From Malacoraja senta (lineage: Eukaryota), in contig CM075996.1 of assembly GCA_038087875.1 (NCBI GenBank), positions 9,922,001-9,986,000 of the forward strand: 64,000 nt of DNA, read 5' to 3'. Positions within the stretch are counted from its first letter, which is position 1. The number at the start of each line of letters is the position of its first letter. Positions 39,649 through 52,770 of the stretch are shown here, one piece after another. Under the pieces are notes generated by a model. It had not been told where the DNA came from, made no database searches, and saw only the letters and a list, made by a program, of their open reading frames with translations. A program made the position numbers and the translations under genes.

Positions 39649-39702
39649 TTTTTGTTTCAATTACATAGCGGGAGGTCTAATATGGAGTTCTAAGTACAGT
39701 TA

Positions 39703-39894
39703 AGGGCCTGTTCCACTTGGGCGTCATTTTGAGAATCCTAAAATCCTGGGGCGCCGCGCGCTACTGCATGTCACTGCCTACGCCACCACGTCTCACCACC
39801 CGCCAGGTGCACGTTACCGCGCGTCGTGCGTCGTGACGCGTAAATGATGTCGCGTAAATGTACGTGCAAATAACACCCAAGTGGGACAGGCCCT
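39703..39894. mobile_element. PIF/Harbinger-type MITE
   Basis: TIR AGGGCCTGTTCCACTTGGG / CCCAAGTGGGACAGGCCCT; TTA TSD. Confidence 0.85.
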
Positions 39895-41632
39895 TTAGGA
39901 AGGTGCCGTAGAACAAATTTTATCAGGATGCATCCCAGCTTGGTTTGGGAACAGCTCCGACCACGACCGCAAGAAATTGCAGCAAATGTGGACGCAGCCC
40001 AGACCATCACACAGACCAACCTCCCATCCATTGACTCCATTTATACCTCACGCTGCCTCGGCAAGGCCAGCAGCATAATCAAGGACGAGTCGCACCCTGG
40101 TCACTCCCTCTTCTCCCCTCTCCCATCAGGCAAAAGGAATAGAAGTGTGAAAACGCACACCCCCAGGTTCAGGGACAGTTTCTTCCCAGCTGTTATCAGG
40201 TGATTGAACCACCCTATCAACAACTAGAGAGTGGTCCTGAGCTACTATCTACGTCATTGGTGACCCTCGGACTATCTTTAATCGGATTTTACTGGCCTTT
40301 ATATGTAGGAAGGAACTGCAGATACTGGTTTAAACCGAAGATAGACGCAAAAAGCTGGAGTAACTCAGCGGGGCAGGCAGCATCTCTGGAGAGAAGGAAT
40401 GGGTGTTCCTATAACAATCATTTAGTCTTTCTGTTGACTGGTTAACACACAACAAACGCTTTTCACCGTACCTTGGTACACTTGACAATAAACTCAACTA
40501 CATGTGAGAAGCTCAGACAAGGTTTATGAGACTCGGGCCTAGAATGGACGGGTTGTCTCGTGAGCGAGGTTTGGACAGACCGGGCGTGTCTCTGCCAGGG
40601 TTGAGAAGAGGAAGGGAGAATCCCGTTAGAAACTTGTTGACACTATGATCCTAAATCTACAAGCTTCTGACAGTTCTTGGCAGGGTGGATGTGGAGAGAG
40701 AAGGAGACACAAGGAACTGCAGATGCTGAAATCTTCAGCTAAACGCAAAGTACTGGAGGAACTCAGTGGGATCAGGCAGCATCCGTGGAGGGGATGGGAC
40801 AGGTGGCGTTTCAGGTCGGGACCCTTCTTCAGACTGATGCGGGGAGAGGATGTTTCCCCTTGTGGGTAATTCTGGAACTCGGGGTCGATGTTTAAAACAA
40901 AATGCGGGTGTGGAGTGGGGGGCAACTGTCAAGGTGAGGGGGGGGTGGGATGGTGTTTCCCACCCTTTAAACAAAGGAGGGGAGAGATCAGCAGGGGTCG
41001 GCATCACGACGGCTATAACACGGCGACACGAGGAACTGAAAGCGCTGGAATTTTGAGAAAAACACACAATGCCGGTGGAGCCTTAGGCCCACCGAGTCCG
41101 CGCCGACCAACACATTGACACCATCCTACACACACTAGGGACAATTTTTACATTTATTCCAAGCCAATTAACCTACAAACCTGTACATCTTTGGAGTGTG
41201 GGAGGAAACCGAAGATCTTGGAGAAAACCCACGCAGGTCAGGGGGAGAACGTACAAACTCCATACAGGCAGCACCCGTAGTCAGGATTGAACCCAGGTCT
41301 CTGGCGCTGTGAGGCAGCAACTCGACCGCTGCTCCACCGTGCCACCCTCTTGATAGTGAAGATGGTTGTCAAAAATTACAGCAGCATCTTGATCAGTTGG
41401 GTTGATAGCTGAGTTGAAGGCATTTAATACAGAGAACTGTGTGGTGTTGCACTTTGGGAAGTCTAACATGGCCAGGACCTACATAGTGGATGGTAGGGCT
41501 CTGGGGAGTGTTGTAGAGCAGAGGGACCTAGGAGTGCAGGTGCATGGTTCCTTGAAAGTGGCATCACAGGTGGACATGGTGGTCAAAAAGTATTTTGGCA
41601 CATTGGCCTTCATCAGTCAGAGTACTGCGTAT

Positions 41633-43165
41633 AGTAATAATAATAATAATAATAGATTTTATTTATATAGCGCTTTTCAGGACTCAAAGTCGCTTTACAA
41701 TTGAGAGTCAGGAATAAACAAAACAAAATAGAGCAGTAAGACAGAGGGGGGGGGGGGACATGGGACTAAGGGTATGCAGAGGTGAAGAGATGGGTCTTGA
41801 GGCGGGACTGGAAGATGGTGAGGGACTCAGAATTTCGGACCGGTTGTGGGAGGGAATTCCAGAGCCTGGGAGCTGCCCTGGAGAAGGCTCTGCCTCCAAA
41901 AGTGCAGAGGTTTGATTTCGGAGTGGAGAGGAGACCAGCTGATGTGGATCTGAGGGACCGTGAGGGTTGGTAGGGGGAGAGGAGGTCAATGAGATAAGGG
42001 GGGGCCAGGTTGTTGAGGGCTTTGTAGGTGAGGACCAGGATTTTGTAGGTGATCCGGTGGGAAATGGGAAGCCAGTGAAGTTCTTTGAGAACTGGGGTGA
42101 TATGGTGCCAGGATTTGGTGTGGGTAATGAGTCGGGCGGCTGCATTCTGGACCAGTTGGAGTCGTTTGATGCTGCTGGAATTGATTCCGAAAAGAAGAGA
42201 GTTACAGTAGTCCAGTCGGGAGGAGATGAAGGCATGGATGAGTCTTTCAGCAGCGGGGGGTGTGAGAGACGATCTGATTTTTGCAATGTTGCGGAGGTGA
42301 AAAAATGATGTTTTGACAACATGGCGGATGTGAGGCTCAAGGGAGAGGGTTGAGTCAAGGATCACGCCAAGGTTGCGTGCCTGAGGAGATGGGGAGACAG
42401 TGGTGCCGTCGATAGTGAGAGTGGGGTTGTTAATTTTAGTGAGTGTTGATTTGGAGCCAATGAGGAGAAATTCTGTTTTGCTACTGTTTAATTTAAGGAA
42501 GTTGAGTTGCATCCAAGATTTGATGGCTGATAGGCAGGAGTTGATATGGGAGAGAGGGGGGTGGTGGGGGGACTTGGTGCTGAGATAGATCTGGGTGTCA
42601 TCAGCATAGCAGTGGAAGTCCAGGTTGAAGTGACGGAGTATAAGACCAAGGGGGAGGATGTAGATGATGAAGAGGAGGGGACCAAGAACGGAGCCTTGGG
42701 GAACGCCTTGAGTGACAGTGGCTGTGGCAGAGGTGTGGTTATGGAGAGAGATGAAGTGGGATCGGTTGGAAAGGTAAGAACGGAGCCAGCTGAGTGCAGA
42801 ACCTTCAATGCCAAGGTCCCTAAGTCTGGTGAGCAGGATGTTGTGGTTGACGGTATCGAAGGCTGCACTCAGGTCGAGGAGGATGAGGATATTGAGGGAG
42901 CCAGTGTCAGCAGAGGTAAGGAGGTCATTGAGGACTTTGAGGAGAGCAGTTTCTGTGCTATGGAGGGGGCGAAAGCCAGATTGGAGGGGTTCGAATAGGT
43001 TATACGCGAGGAGGTGGGAATGAAGTTGTGACGCGACGATGCGCTCCAGGGTTTTTGAAAGAAAGGGGAGGTTTGAGATGGGGCGGTAGTTAATGAGAGA
43101 GGAGGGATCAAGACCAGGTTTCTTTAAGATTGGTGTGACAGCAGCAGTTTTGAAAGCAGAGGGGA
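41633..43165 (-). mobile_element. 5'-truncated L2-clade LINE
   Basis: RT remnants and LKLNSSKTE..NLGVILDS..SRLDYCNSL..HITPVLKELHWLP; tail GCGCTATATAAATAAA..(ATT)n; nested in an older CR1. Confidence 0.88.
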
Positions 43166-44216
43166 CATGTTAAAGTTATATAAGGTTGGGAGGTCATGTT
43201 AAAGTTATATAAGACATTGATGAGGCCGCATGTAGAGTGTTGTGTTCAGATTTCCAAGGATGTTGCCAGGACTAGAGGGCCTGAGCTATTGGGAGAGGTT
43301 GAGCATGCTAGAACTCTATTCGTTGGAGCACAGGAGGAGGAAGGATGATCTTATAGAGATGTACAAATCATGAGAAGAGTAGATCGGGAAACGCACAGAG
43401 TCTCCTGCCCAGAGTAGGGGTATCGAGAACCAGAGAACATAGGTTTAAGATAAGGAAGAAACCTTAGTGGTAACTTTTTCACACAAAGGGTGGTGGGTAT
43501 ATGGAACGAGCAGCTGGAGGAGGTAGTTGAGGCAGGGACCATCACAACGTTTAAGAAACATTTAGACAGGAACATGAATAGGCCAGGTTTAGAGGGACAA
43601 GGGCCAAATGCAGGCAGGTGCGAATAATGTAGATGGATATGTTGGTTGGTGTGAACAAGTTGGGCTGATGCCTTTGTCCATGCTGTTTGAGTCTATGACT
43701 CTATGATTCTAACTCAGTGGGTCAGACAGCATGTATGAAGGGAATGGACACCTCACTTCCATTTTCCTAGCCTCCCTCTCCCCTGACTCTCAGTCTAAAG
43801 AAGGGTCTCTACCCGAACATCATCCATTCCTTCTCTCCAGACATGCTGCCTGACCCGCTGAGTTAGTGCAGTATTCTGTGTCTATCTTATGGCTTTACCT
43901 CATTGCTTATAGATGTGAAATCATTTAAGTACAAATAACGGACCATCTCTCCCTTAGAATTGGGCAGCACGGTGGCATAGTTGTAGAGCTACATAGCGCC
44001 AGGGACCCGGGTTCGATCCTGACTATATGTGCTGTCTGTACGGAGTTTGTACATTCTCCCTCCCCGTGACCTGCGTGGGTTTTCTCCGAGATCTTTGTTT
44101 TCCTCCCACACTCCAAAGACATTCAGGTTCGTAGGTTAATTGCCTTGGTATAAATGTAAATTGTTCCTAGTGTGTGTAGGGTGAGTGGATCGCTGGTCAG
44201 TGTAAATTGCACTAAC

Positions 44217-45615
44217 CTTCAGGAGAAGATCTCCTTGAAGCCTCTGTAAATCCACAGCCGTCTTCAGACTGTTCTTGCTGGCTTTGTTGACCCCAGCTTT
44301 GGTTCTCTGGACTCGGAGGGTCTGAGCCCGCTTGTTCTCGGAAGACCAAGGCACGTCTGGATCTCCCCCTCTGCATCCTCCGTGTGATTCTGCTGAACTG
44401 CAGGGGCGCGGGAAGCTCTCGTTCCTCCTCGGCGAGGCTGGCCCTCGGCGACCGGCCCTCGGTCGGACGTGGGGAGAGCCGGTCTCCCGACCCCAGGCCA
44501 CTCTCCGAGGTTGGACTCTGCTCACCACTGGAGGACCTCACATCCCGGGTGGGAATGAAGCTCCTGCGTTCAAACCCAACGCTAGTCAGATCTTTGGTGA
44601 GTGACTGATGGAGGATTGGTGGTGGATCTCCCAACCTCGACGTGCCTTCAGGGCGAGCACCGTGGTCCACGGTGTCTTTATCCCCTGGGCCAGCAGCCTG
44701 CCCCAACCTCACAAGGATTGGTCCATGTGGCCTTTGCTCATCACCAGATGGCCCCACGTCCCTTGAACTCCGTGGACATTTTCCCCCTGCCCCGTCCGGG
44801 ACAGTTTGAGATTTGATTCCATGGCTGGAGAGGAGAGTGGAGAGGTCCCTCCCCAGACGGCCACTGCCTGTCGGAGGGGGCAGAGGGCCCCGTGTGTGCC
44901 TTGCAGCGGGTGGGAGCTGGGTGGGGGGCAGGTCCAACCCCAACTGGGAACAACAGTCGAAGCAGGCCGAGCCTGTAGATAACGCCGGCTCCAAGTCGGA
45001 GGCGTTGAGGGGCCGGCCTTGGTGGGAGTTGTGATCGGCTGACTGTGGCGAGACGGGCCTGGGGACAGGGTCTGCCTGTCTGGCCGAGGGCTGGCTGAGC
45101 AGGGCTGCGGCCTTCTGCAGGAAGCGGTCCAGGTCAGCCTTCTGCCGCTGTGCCTGCGCGATGGTGAGCTCCTTGTACTTGTTGCCGGAGTTGGCCATCT
45201 CTCGCCGGCTGTGGAGGCCATGCCAGGCGCCCCTCCCTGACAGGGCCTGAGCCTGGGCCTGGGCAGTCTCGGCCCCCTCCACCACCGTCCCACCAGGAGG
45301 CAGACAGGCATGAGGGCCCCCCTTCACCAGGCCGGGGCCCCACCGCTCTGCCGCCATCTTGCCACGACCAGTCGCCGTGTCGGCCGGCTGGTCGCCAGAG
45401 CAAGGTGTGAAGGAGCCGATGGTGATCCTGCGTCTGAGGATGGGAGAGAGGAGCTGGTGCTTGACGCCGGGGATGCCGCAAGGCCGGCTCTGGAGAGTGG
45501 GCATCGACCCATCGCCCCGGCCCTGGGGCCTCGGTGCCTGGGCCCGACCTGACGAAGCCTTCCTGCCAAGGTGAGCCGCCAAACCAAACTGTGTCTCCAT
45601 CCTCCCCGCCCCGCT
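44217..45615 (-). CDS. Large unique coding-like exon (ATG at 45600, about 461 codons, Pro/Ser/Gly-rich, probably disordered); possibly the N-terminal exon of a long SEPTIN3 isoform
   Basis: Stop-free GC-rich non-repeat sequence bounded by gtttgtttttcag|AGC (45615) and GAAG|gttagt (44217, phase 1). It lies divergent to CENPM, where SEPTIN3 sits in human. No septin-domain exons seen in the window. Confidence 0.6.
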
Positions 45616-47327
45616 CTGAAAAACAAACAGACAAGGTTCATGCCAAGTATTCACCCCAACACCGCACCGAGCTTTAGTGTAGCTAGGAGATACAACGTGG
45701 AAACAGGCCCTTCGGCCCACCGACTCCATGTCGGCCACCGGTCCCCACACATTAAACAATAGACAATAGACAATAGGTGCAGGAGCAGGCCATTCGGCCC
45801 TTCGAGCCAGCACCTCCATTCAATGTGATCATGGCTGATCATCCCCAATCAGTACCCCGTTCCTGCCTTCTCCCCATATCCCCTGACTCCGCTATTTTTA
45901 AGAGCCCTATCTAGCTCTCTCTTGAAAACATCCAGAGAACCTGCCTCCACCGCCCTCTGAGGCAGAGAATTCCACAGACTCACCACTCTCTGTGAGAAAA
46001 AGTGTTTCCTCTTCTCCGTTCTAAATGGCTTACTCCTTATTCTTAAACTGTGGCCCCTGGTTCTGGACTCCCCCAACATCGGGAACATGTTTCCTGCCTC
46101 TGGTGTGTCCAAACCCTTAACAATCTTATATGTTTCAATGAGATATCCTCTCATCCTTCTAAACTCCAGAAACACAAGCCCAGCTGCACCATTAACACTA
46201 TCCCACACACACTAGGGACAATTTACAAGCCAATTAACCCCGCACGTCTTTGGAGTGTGGGAGGAAACCGGAGCACCGGGGGGGAAACCCACGCGGTCAC
46301 AGGGAGAACAGACAAACTCCACACAGACAGCATCCGTAGTCAGGATGGAACCCGGGTCTCTGGTGCTGTGAGGCAGCAACTCTACCGCTGCAGACTCTGA
46401 GGTTTAATTTGTTTTTGAGATACAACGTGGACACAGGCCCTTCGGCCCACCGAGTCCGCGCCGACCTTCAATCATCCGTTCTATGTTATCCCACTTTCTC
46501 ACCCACTCCCTACGCACTGGGGGCAATGTGGGAGGAATCCAGGTCCCCGGAGGTAACCCATGCAGTCACAGGGAGAGCGTGCAAACTCCATCCACATAGC
46601 ACCCATGGTGAGGATCGAACCTTGGTCTCTGGGTGCTGTGAGGCAGTGGCCCTAACCTCAACGCCACTGTGTTGCCCTTCAGTGTTTCAAGGAACTGCCA
46701 CAGACCTTGGGATCTATCGTGTTCATCTCAAAATGACAGTGGCGCAGCAGGTGGAGCCCAGGTTCAATCCTGGCCTCGGGTACTATCTGTGTGGAGCTTG
46801 GACGTTCTCCCTGTAACTGCGTGAGGTTCCTCCAGATGCTCCAGTTTCCCAAAGACGTGCGGGTTTGCAGGTTAATTTGCCCTCTGTGAATTGCCCCTGC
46901 TGTGTAGCGAGTGGATTAGATGGTGGGATAAGATAGAACTAGTGTGAAGGTAGACACAAAATGCTGGAGTAACTCAGCGGGACCGGCGGCGTCTCTGGAG
47001 AGAAGGAATAGGTGACGTTTCGGGTCGAGACCCTTCTTCAGATGGACGTCAGGGGAGGGGGCGGGACAGATATAAAATGTAGTTGGAGACAGTCAGACTG
47101 GTGGGAGAACTGGGAAGGGGGAGTGGATGGAGAGAGAGGGAAAGCAAGGGCTATCTGAAGTTAGAGAAGTCAATGTTCACACCACTGGGGTGTAAACTAC
47201 CCAAGCCAAATATGAGATGCTGTTCCTCCAATTTGTGCTGGGCCTCACACTGACAATCTTATGCGCATCTAAACGATAACGCCTCAGCCTCCTGCGCTCC
47301 AGGGAATAAAGGCCAAGCCTTAAAGTC

Positions 47328-48026
47328 TTTTTTTTATATAACCAAAAATAATTTATTCACCTATTTAAGGGCCTGTCCCACTTTCACGACCTAATTCACG
47401 ACCTTTTTCACTCGTGGACATTTTTCATCAGGCTAGAAAAAACGCCCCGACCTACTTGATGCCACGAGTACCTACGACTAGCATCACGGCCTGCTACGAC
47501 CTACCTACGACCTCCTACGACCTCGTGACGACCATGCTGCGAATATGAGTCAAGGGCAAACTCGACAGAGGTCGTGAATTGGGTCATGAAAGTGGGACAG
47601 GCCCTTTACAATAATATGTACTATACTAAATTATTCAAAACAAACCCACCACCACAATACAAGCAAAACAAATATACTAAATAAACTACTATACAAATAT
47701 ATCATCATCCATATTGAGGACACAGTCCCCACCCCCCGCGGTGTCCAGCAGCCCTGGAATCCCCCAGGGTGCCCATGGACAGCGCGTGTTTCCTCTCAAG
47801 TACCACTCGGGCGCGGACGTAACCCAGGAAAAGGGGCAGGCAGCCGGCTCAGGCAGAGCCCTCTTCCACCTGGCGCCGTGACTCGCGGATGGCCCAGCTT
47901 GACCAGGCCCAGGAGCAACCCAACCAGGACATCCTCGGCCCTACCCTCTCCCCTACGCACAGGGTGTCCAAAGATGAGGATGATGGGTGTGAAGTACAGC
48001 CAGAAGGCAAGGAGCAGCCCCTTTCT
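47328..48026 (-). mobile_element. 5'-truncated Tx1 (L1-clade) element
   Basis: LLLAFWLYFTPIILIFGHPVRRGEGRAEDVLVGLLLGL (Tx1-like ORF2 C-terminus), poly(A) end, 12-bp TSD AGCCTTAAAGTC (47316-27 / 48027-38). Confidence 0.8.
47368..47605. mobile_element. PIF/Harbinger-type MITE inside a Tx1 3' UTR
   Basis: TIR AGGGCCTGTCCCACTTTCA; TTA TSD. Confidence 0.85.
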
Positions 48027-49419
48027 AGCCTTAAAGTCAGGGTGAATCTACGTCTGATTCAAAGACGAGGGGACAAGTCCCGGGGCAGGGAAAGAGAGAA
48101 AACACTGTTTAGTGTCAAAACTGCTTGAACCCAATTGCTAAGGACACTAGGGAGGGGACGGTGGGTTGAGCTAGGGGTTCACACTCTCTCCCACTCTCTG
48201 TGGGGAGTTTCCTGGGTCAAACCATCAATAAAATGGCGTCGCTTGTAGATGGACTCGGTGGGTTGCTTAGGGATGCAGCGCAAAAACAGGCCCTTAGGTC
48301 CGCACCAACCAGTGATCACCAGTACTCTAACTATCCTACACGCTAGGGGCAATTTACAGAGGGCAATTCACCTACAAATCTGTACGTCTATGAGGTGTGG
48401 GAGGAAACCGGAGCACCCAGAGAAAACCCATGCAAGTCATGGGGAGAAGGTACAAGCAGCACCCAAAGTCAAGATTGAACCCGGGTCTCTGGCGCTGTGA
48501 GGCAGCAACTCTTCCACTGCGCCACCATGCCGCTCTGTACAGAGGCTATGGTGTTTATGTACGAGGATAGTCTTGCTGATCTGTATGTAAAAACAAATTA
48601 TTTCAAGGTAGCTGGTACACGTGACGGTAAAGAAACCATTGATCGTTGAATATAAATTTGCCGTAAAATCACCTACCTATTGTCCAATACGCCGTGGTAG
48701 GAAGGAACTGCAGATGCTGGTTTAAACTGGTTGAAGAAGGGTTACTCCAGCTTTTTGTGTCTATCTTCAGAGTGGTAGGAGTCAGACACTTGTCCCCCCC
48801 TCTGTTCTGACACCGAGAGCCCCTGTTGCCCAGATGTCCCCAGGGTGTAAACACTGCCCGGGGCACTGCCCGCCCCTCAGGCCCCTCGCGGGTGTGAGGG
48901 CAGGTTCTGTGCGGTGCCTCGCTGCCCTGGTTCCTCAGCGCGCTGTCCCAGGGCTGGCACGGCAGAACGCTGGCCTGTACTCGCTGATCCACCCACAGCC
49001 TGCCAGCCCTGCACATTACCATAGACCCACACACAATGCCCGCTCTTCATCATTCCATCCTCTCACTGCATTCCGACTGTTCTCCTCCCCCCCCCCTCAG
49101 AGATTTGACCTGTTGCAAATCTCTGATATCCTCCGGTCTAGTTTAGTTTAGAGATACAGCCGGGAAACAGGCCCTTCGGCCCACCGAGTCCATGCCGCCC
49201 ATCGATCACCCTTTACACTAGTTCTATGTTATCCCACTTCTACATCCACTCCCTACACATTAGGGGCAATTTACGGAGGGCCGATTAACCTGCAAATCTC
49301 CATGTCTTTGGGACGTGGGTAGAAATAAGAGAAAACCCACGCTGTCACAGGGAGAACGTGCAAACTCCACATGGACAGCACCCATAGTCAGGATTGAACT
49401 GGGGTCTCTGGCGCTCTGA

Positions 49420-50362
49420 GGGGTGGGGGTGCGGTGAGGTTGGGGTGGGGCAGAGTGGTGTGTGGCGGGTGAAATGCAGTGGGGTGGGGTGGAGCAGGGT
49501 GGGGTGGGGCAGGTTGGTGTGGGATGGGGAAGGGAGGGGTGGGATGGGGTGGAGCAGGGTTTGAGTGGGGTGGGGTGGGGTGGTGCAGGGTGGGGTGGGG
49601 CAGGGTGGTGTGGGATAGGGAGGGGTGTGGTGGGGTGGGGTGAACGAGGGTTTGGGTGGGGTGGGGTGGGGTGGGGTGGGGTGGGGTGCGGTGGGGATAG
49701 GTTAGGTTGGGGTGGGGTGGTATGGGATGGGGAGGGAAGGGGCGGGATGGGGTGGAGCAGGGTTTGGGTGGAGTGGAGCAGGGTGGGGTGGAGCAGGGTT
49801 TGGGTGGGGTGGGGTGGGGTGGAGCAGGGTTTGGGTGGGGTGGGGTCGGGTGGGGAGCAGTGGGGATGGGGTGGGGTGGAGCAGGGTGGGGTGGGGCAGG
49901 GTGGTGTGCGATGGGGAGGGGTGTGGTGGGGTGGGGTGGGGTGAAGCAGGGTTTGGGTGGGGTGGGGTGGGGTGCACTGGGGATGGGTTAGGTTGGGGTG
50001 GGGTGGTGTGGGATGGGGAGGGAAGGGGCGGGATGGTGTGGAGCAGGGTTTGGGTGGGGTGGAGTGGGGTGGAGCAGGGTTTGGGTGGGGTGGGGTGGGG
50101 TGGGGTGCAGTGGGGATGGGGTGGGGTGGAGCAGGGTGGGGTGGGGCAGGGTGGTGTGGGATGGGGAGGGGTGTGGTGGGGTGGGGTGAAGCAGGGTTTG
50201 GGTGGGGTGGGGTGGGGTGCGGTGGGGATGGGTTAGGTTGAGGTGGGGTGGTGTGGGATGGGACGGGAAGGGGTGGGATGGTGTGGAGCAGGGTTTGGGT
50301 GGGGTGGAGTGGGGTGCGGTGGGGATGGGGTGGGACGGGTTAGGTTGGGGTGGGGAGGGGGG
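49420..50362. repeat. G-rich (GGGGT)n-based compound tandem repeat
   Basis: Recurring GGAGCAGGGTTTGGGTGGGGTGGGGT units with apparent higher-order repetition. Confidence 0.92.
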
Positions 50363-52677
50363 AGTGCTGGACATCATCTTCACCCCCCTCCCCACCGCAC
50401 GATGACTCCAGCGGGCAGGACAGCAGTTGCGGGGCGAGTGCTTGGGGAAGGACATTACAACCATTCCAAAGGTCAGACGTCAGCAGAATCCATGAATGAG
50501 GCTTTGTGTGTCCCTTCACATGTCTGTTAGTGAGTGGGCCCATTGTTTCCCTGTCTGAGACTTTGTGTGAAGGAAGTCAACATGTGGATGTTTCCTTCTA
50601 CTGTTTGTGTAGGAAGGAACTGCAGATGCTGGTTTAAACTGAAGATGGAGTAACAAAAAGCTGGAGTAACTCAGCGGGACAGGCAGCATCTCTGGAGAAA
50701 AGGAATAGGTGACGTATCAGGTCGAGACCCTTCTTCAGGTAGGTCAGGACCTCAAGTAAGTTTCAAAGAGGTAACCCCTCATCCTTCTAAACTCCAGGCC
50801 CAGTGTCTTTAAATGCTCATCATATGTTAACCCAATCATTCCAGGATCATTCGTAAACCTCCTCTGGACAATCTCCAACGCCAGCTCATCCTTCCTCAGA
50901 TATGGTGCCCATCAACCAACTGACCCCATTTTATTCACCCCACATTCCCCGGAGTAGACTTGATGGGCTGAGTGGCCTAAGTCTGCTCCTACGACTTATG
51001 AACTTATGAAGTTATTCCTTACAACTCCCTACACACTGGGGGTAATTTACAGTGGCCTATTAACCTTCTAACCTGCACCTCTTTGGGGTGTATATGGAAA
51101 CTGGAGTATCCGGAAGAAACAAGCTGGTTGGCCCAACTCGCACATGCCGACCAAGATGTCTATCCAAGCTAGTCCCGGGTAGAGTTGCTGCCTTACAGTG
51201 CTGGAGAGTCGGGTTCGATCGTGACTACGGGTGCTGTTTGTACGGAGTTTGTACGTCTGTGACCACGCGGGTTTTCTCCAGGTGCTTCGGTTTCCTCCCG
51301 CACTCCAAAGACGTGCAGGTTTGTAGGTTAATTGGCTTTGGTAAAAAAGTGTAAATTGCCCCTAGTGTGTAGGATAGTGCTAGTGCACAGGGATCGCTGG
51401 TCGGTGCGGACTCGGTGGGCCGAAGGGCCTGTTTTGGTGCTGTATCTCTATCTGTATCTGCAGTGCCGTTTGCCTGCGTTGGGCTCATATTCCACATCTA
51501 CCAATTCCTCTGGCCGCTCGTTCCATACACCTACCACCTTGTATATGAAAACGTTGCCCCTTAGATCACTTCTAATTCATTCCTCCCTCACCTTAAACCT
51601 AGTTTTAGACTACCCCACCCTATGGAAAAGACTTCACCCATCCACATATCTCTTCCCCTCATGATTTTATGCAGCTTCATCAGGTCAACCCTCAGCCTCC
51701 TACTCTCCAGGGAAAAGAAGTCCCAGCCTGTCTGATGTGTTCAATAAATCACCGGACTCAGACGACAGAGTTTGATCCACTCAGTAATTGATTACACTAC
51801 CGTATATGGCACATACACTCACAAACCCCTGAACATCCCGAGTACACAGCAGAGCACGCAGGATGTTCCTGTTCTCCATCACCTGGCACTGTTCGTGACA
51901 TGGTGCAAGGATGGGGCTCTCTCACTGAAAGGGCGCACCACACCATCCTTTATGGCATCTCTTATCAGAGCAGACCGTGCCACTGCCCCCTCCCCGAGCC
52001 AATCATAAGCCCCCCTCACCTGTAACGTTTTTGTGCTACCAGCGAGCGGTCTACCCAACTATTGCTGTTGTGTTTTGTTCACCAATGCTACACTTTCCCA
52101 TAGAATGGCCTGATAAAGGCCACGTTCCCAGGCAAGGTGTCACCATGCATGGACAGATGCAGAACATATCACCCACTTGTCTGGGAAACAGTATGTTGGA
52201 ATCTGGTTTTCGAGGGGCTTAGGGCTGCTAATTTAGCTGATAACTCCATTTCACATTTTAGCTGAAATTGTCTGTTTAACCCTTACACTACACTGTCCAG
52301 TCCCTCCCTATAACTCAAGCCATCCAGAATCGGCCACATCCTGCTGAATCGCGTCTGCACCCGTTCCAGATTAATGCCATCCTTCCTGTCGTACTCCAAA
52401 TGTGACCATACCCACGCCTTGTACAACTGCAATACAAACCCAACCTGTACTCATTGCCCTGGCTACTGAAGGCAAGCTTGCAAGTACCTCCTTCACCACC
52501 CTGCACGCCTGTGTTACCACTTACAGGGAACTATGTACTTGTACCCCTGGATCTCTCTGTTCCACAACATTGCCAGGGCCCTGCCATTTACTGGCTACGT
52601 CCTGACCTGGTTTATCAAACTAAACCGCAACAACTCGCACGTCCAAGTTATTACATCTTTATTGCAATTATATTTAT

Positions 52678-52699
52678 TATCTGTCTGTCTGTCTGTCTT

Positions 52700-52747
<48 letters not shown>

Positions 52748-52770
52748 ATCTATCTAAACTATCTATCTAT
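52678..52770. repeat. (CTGT)n/(CTAT)n microsatellite
   Basis: Direct reading. Confidence 0.95.

Noticed and set aside
39271..39693. ORFs across (ATCC)n, likewise those at 49462-50530 and 61178-61596
   Set aside because: Artefacts of stop-free simple repeats.
45616..45819. N-terminal extension of the 535-aa ORF
   Set aside because: Lies in CR1/SINE tail sequence upstream of the splice acceptor.
48936..48960. REST/RE1-like site
   Set aside because: Only the GGACAGCGC half matches; the left half and spacing are wrong.
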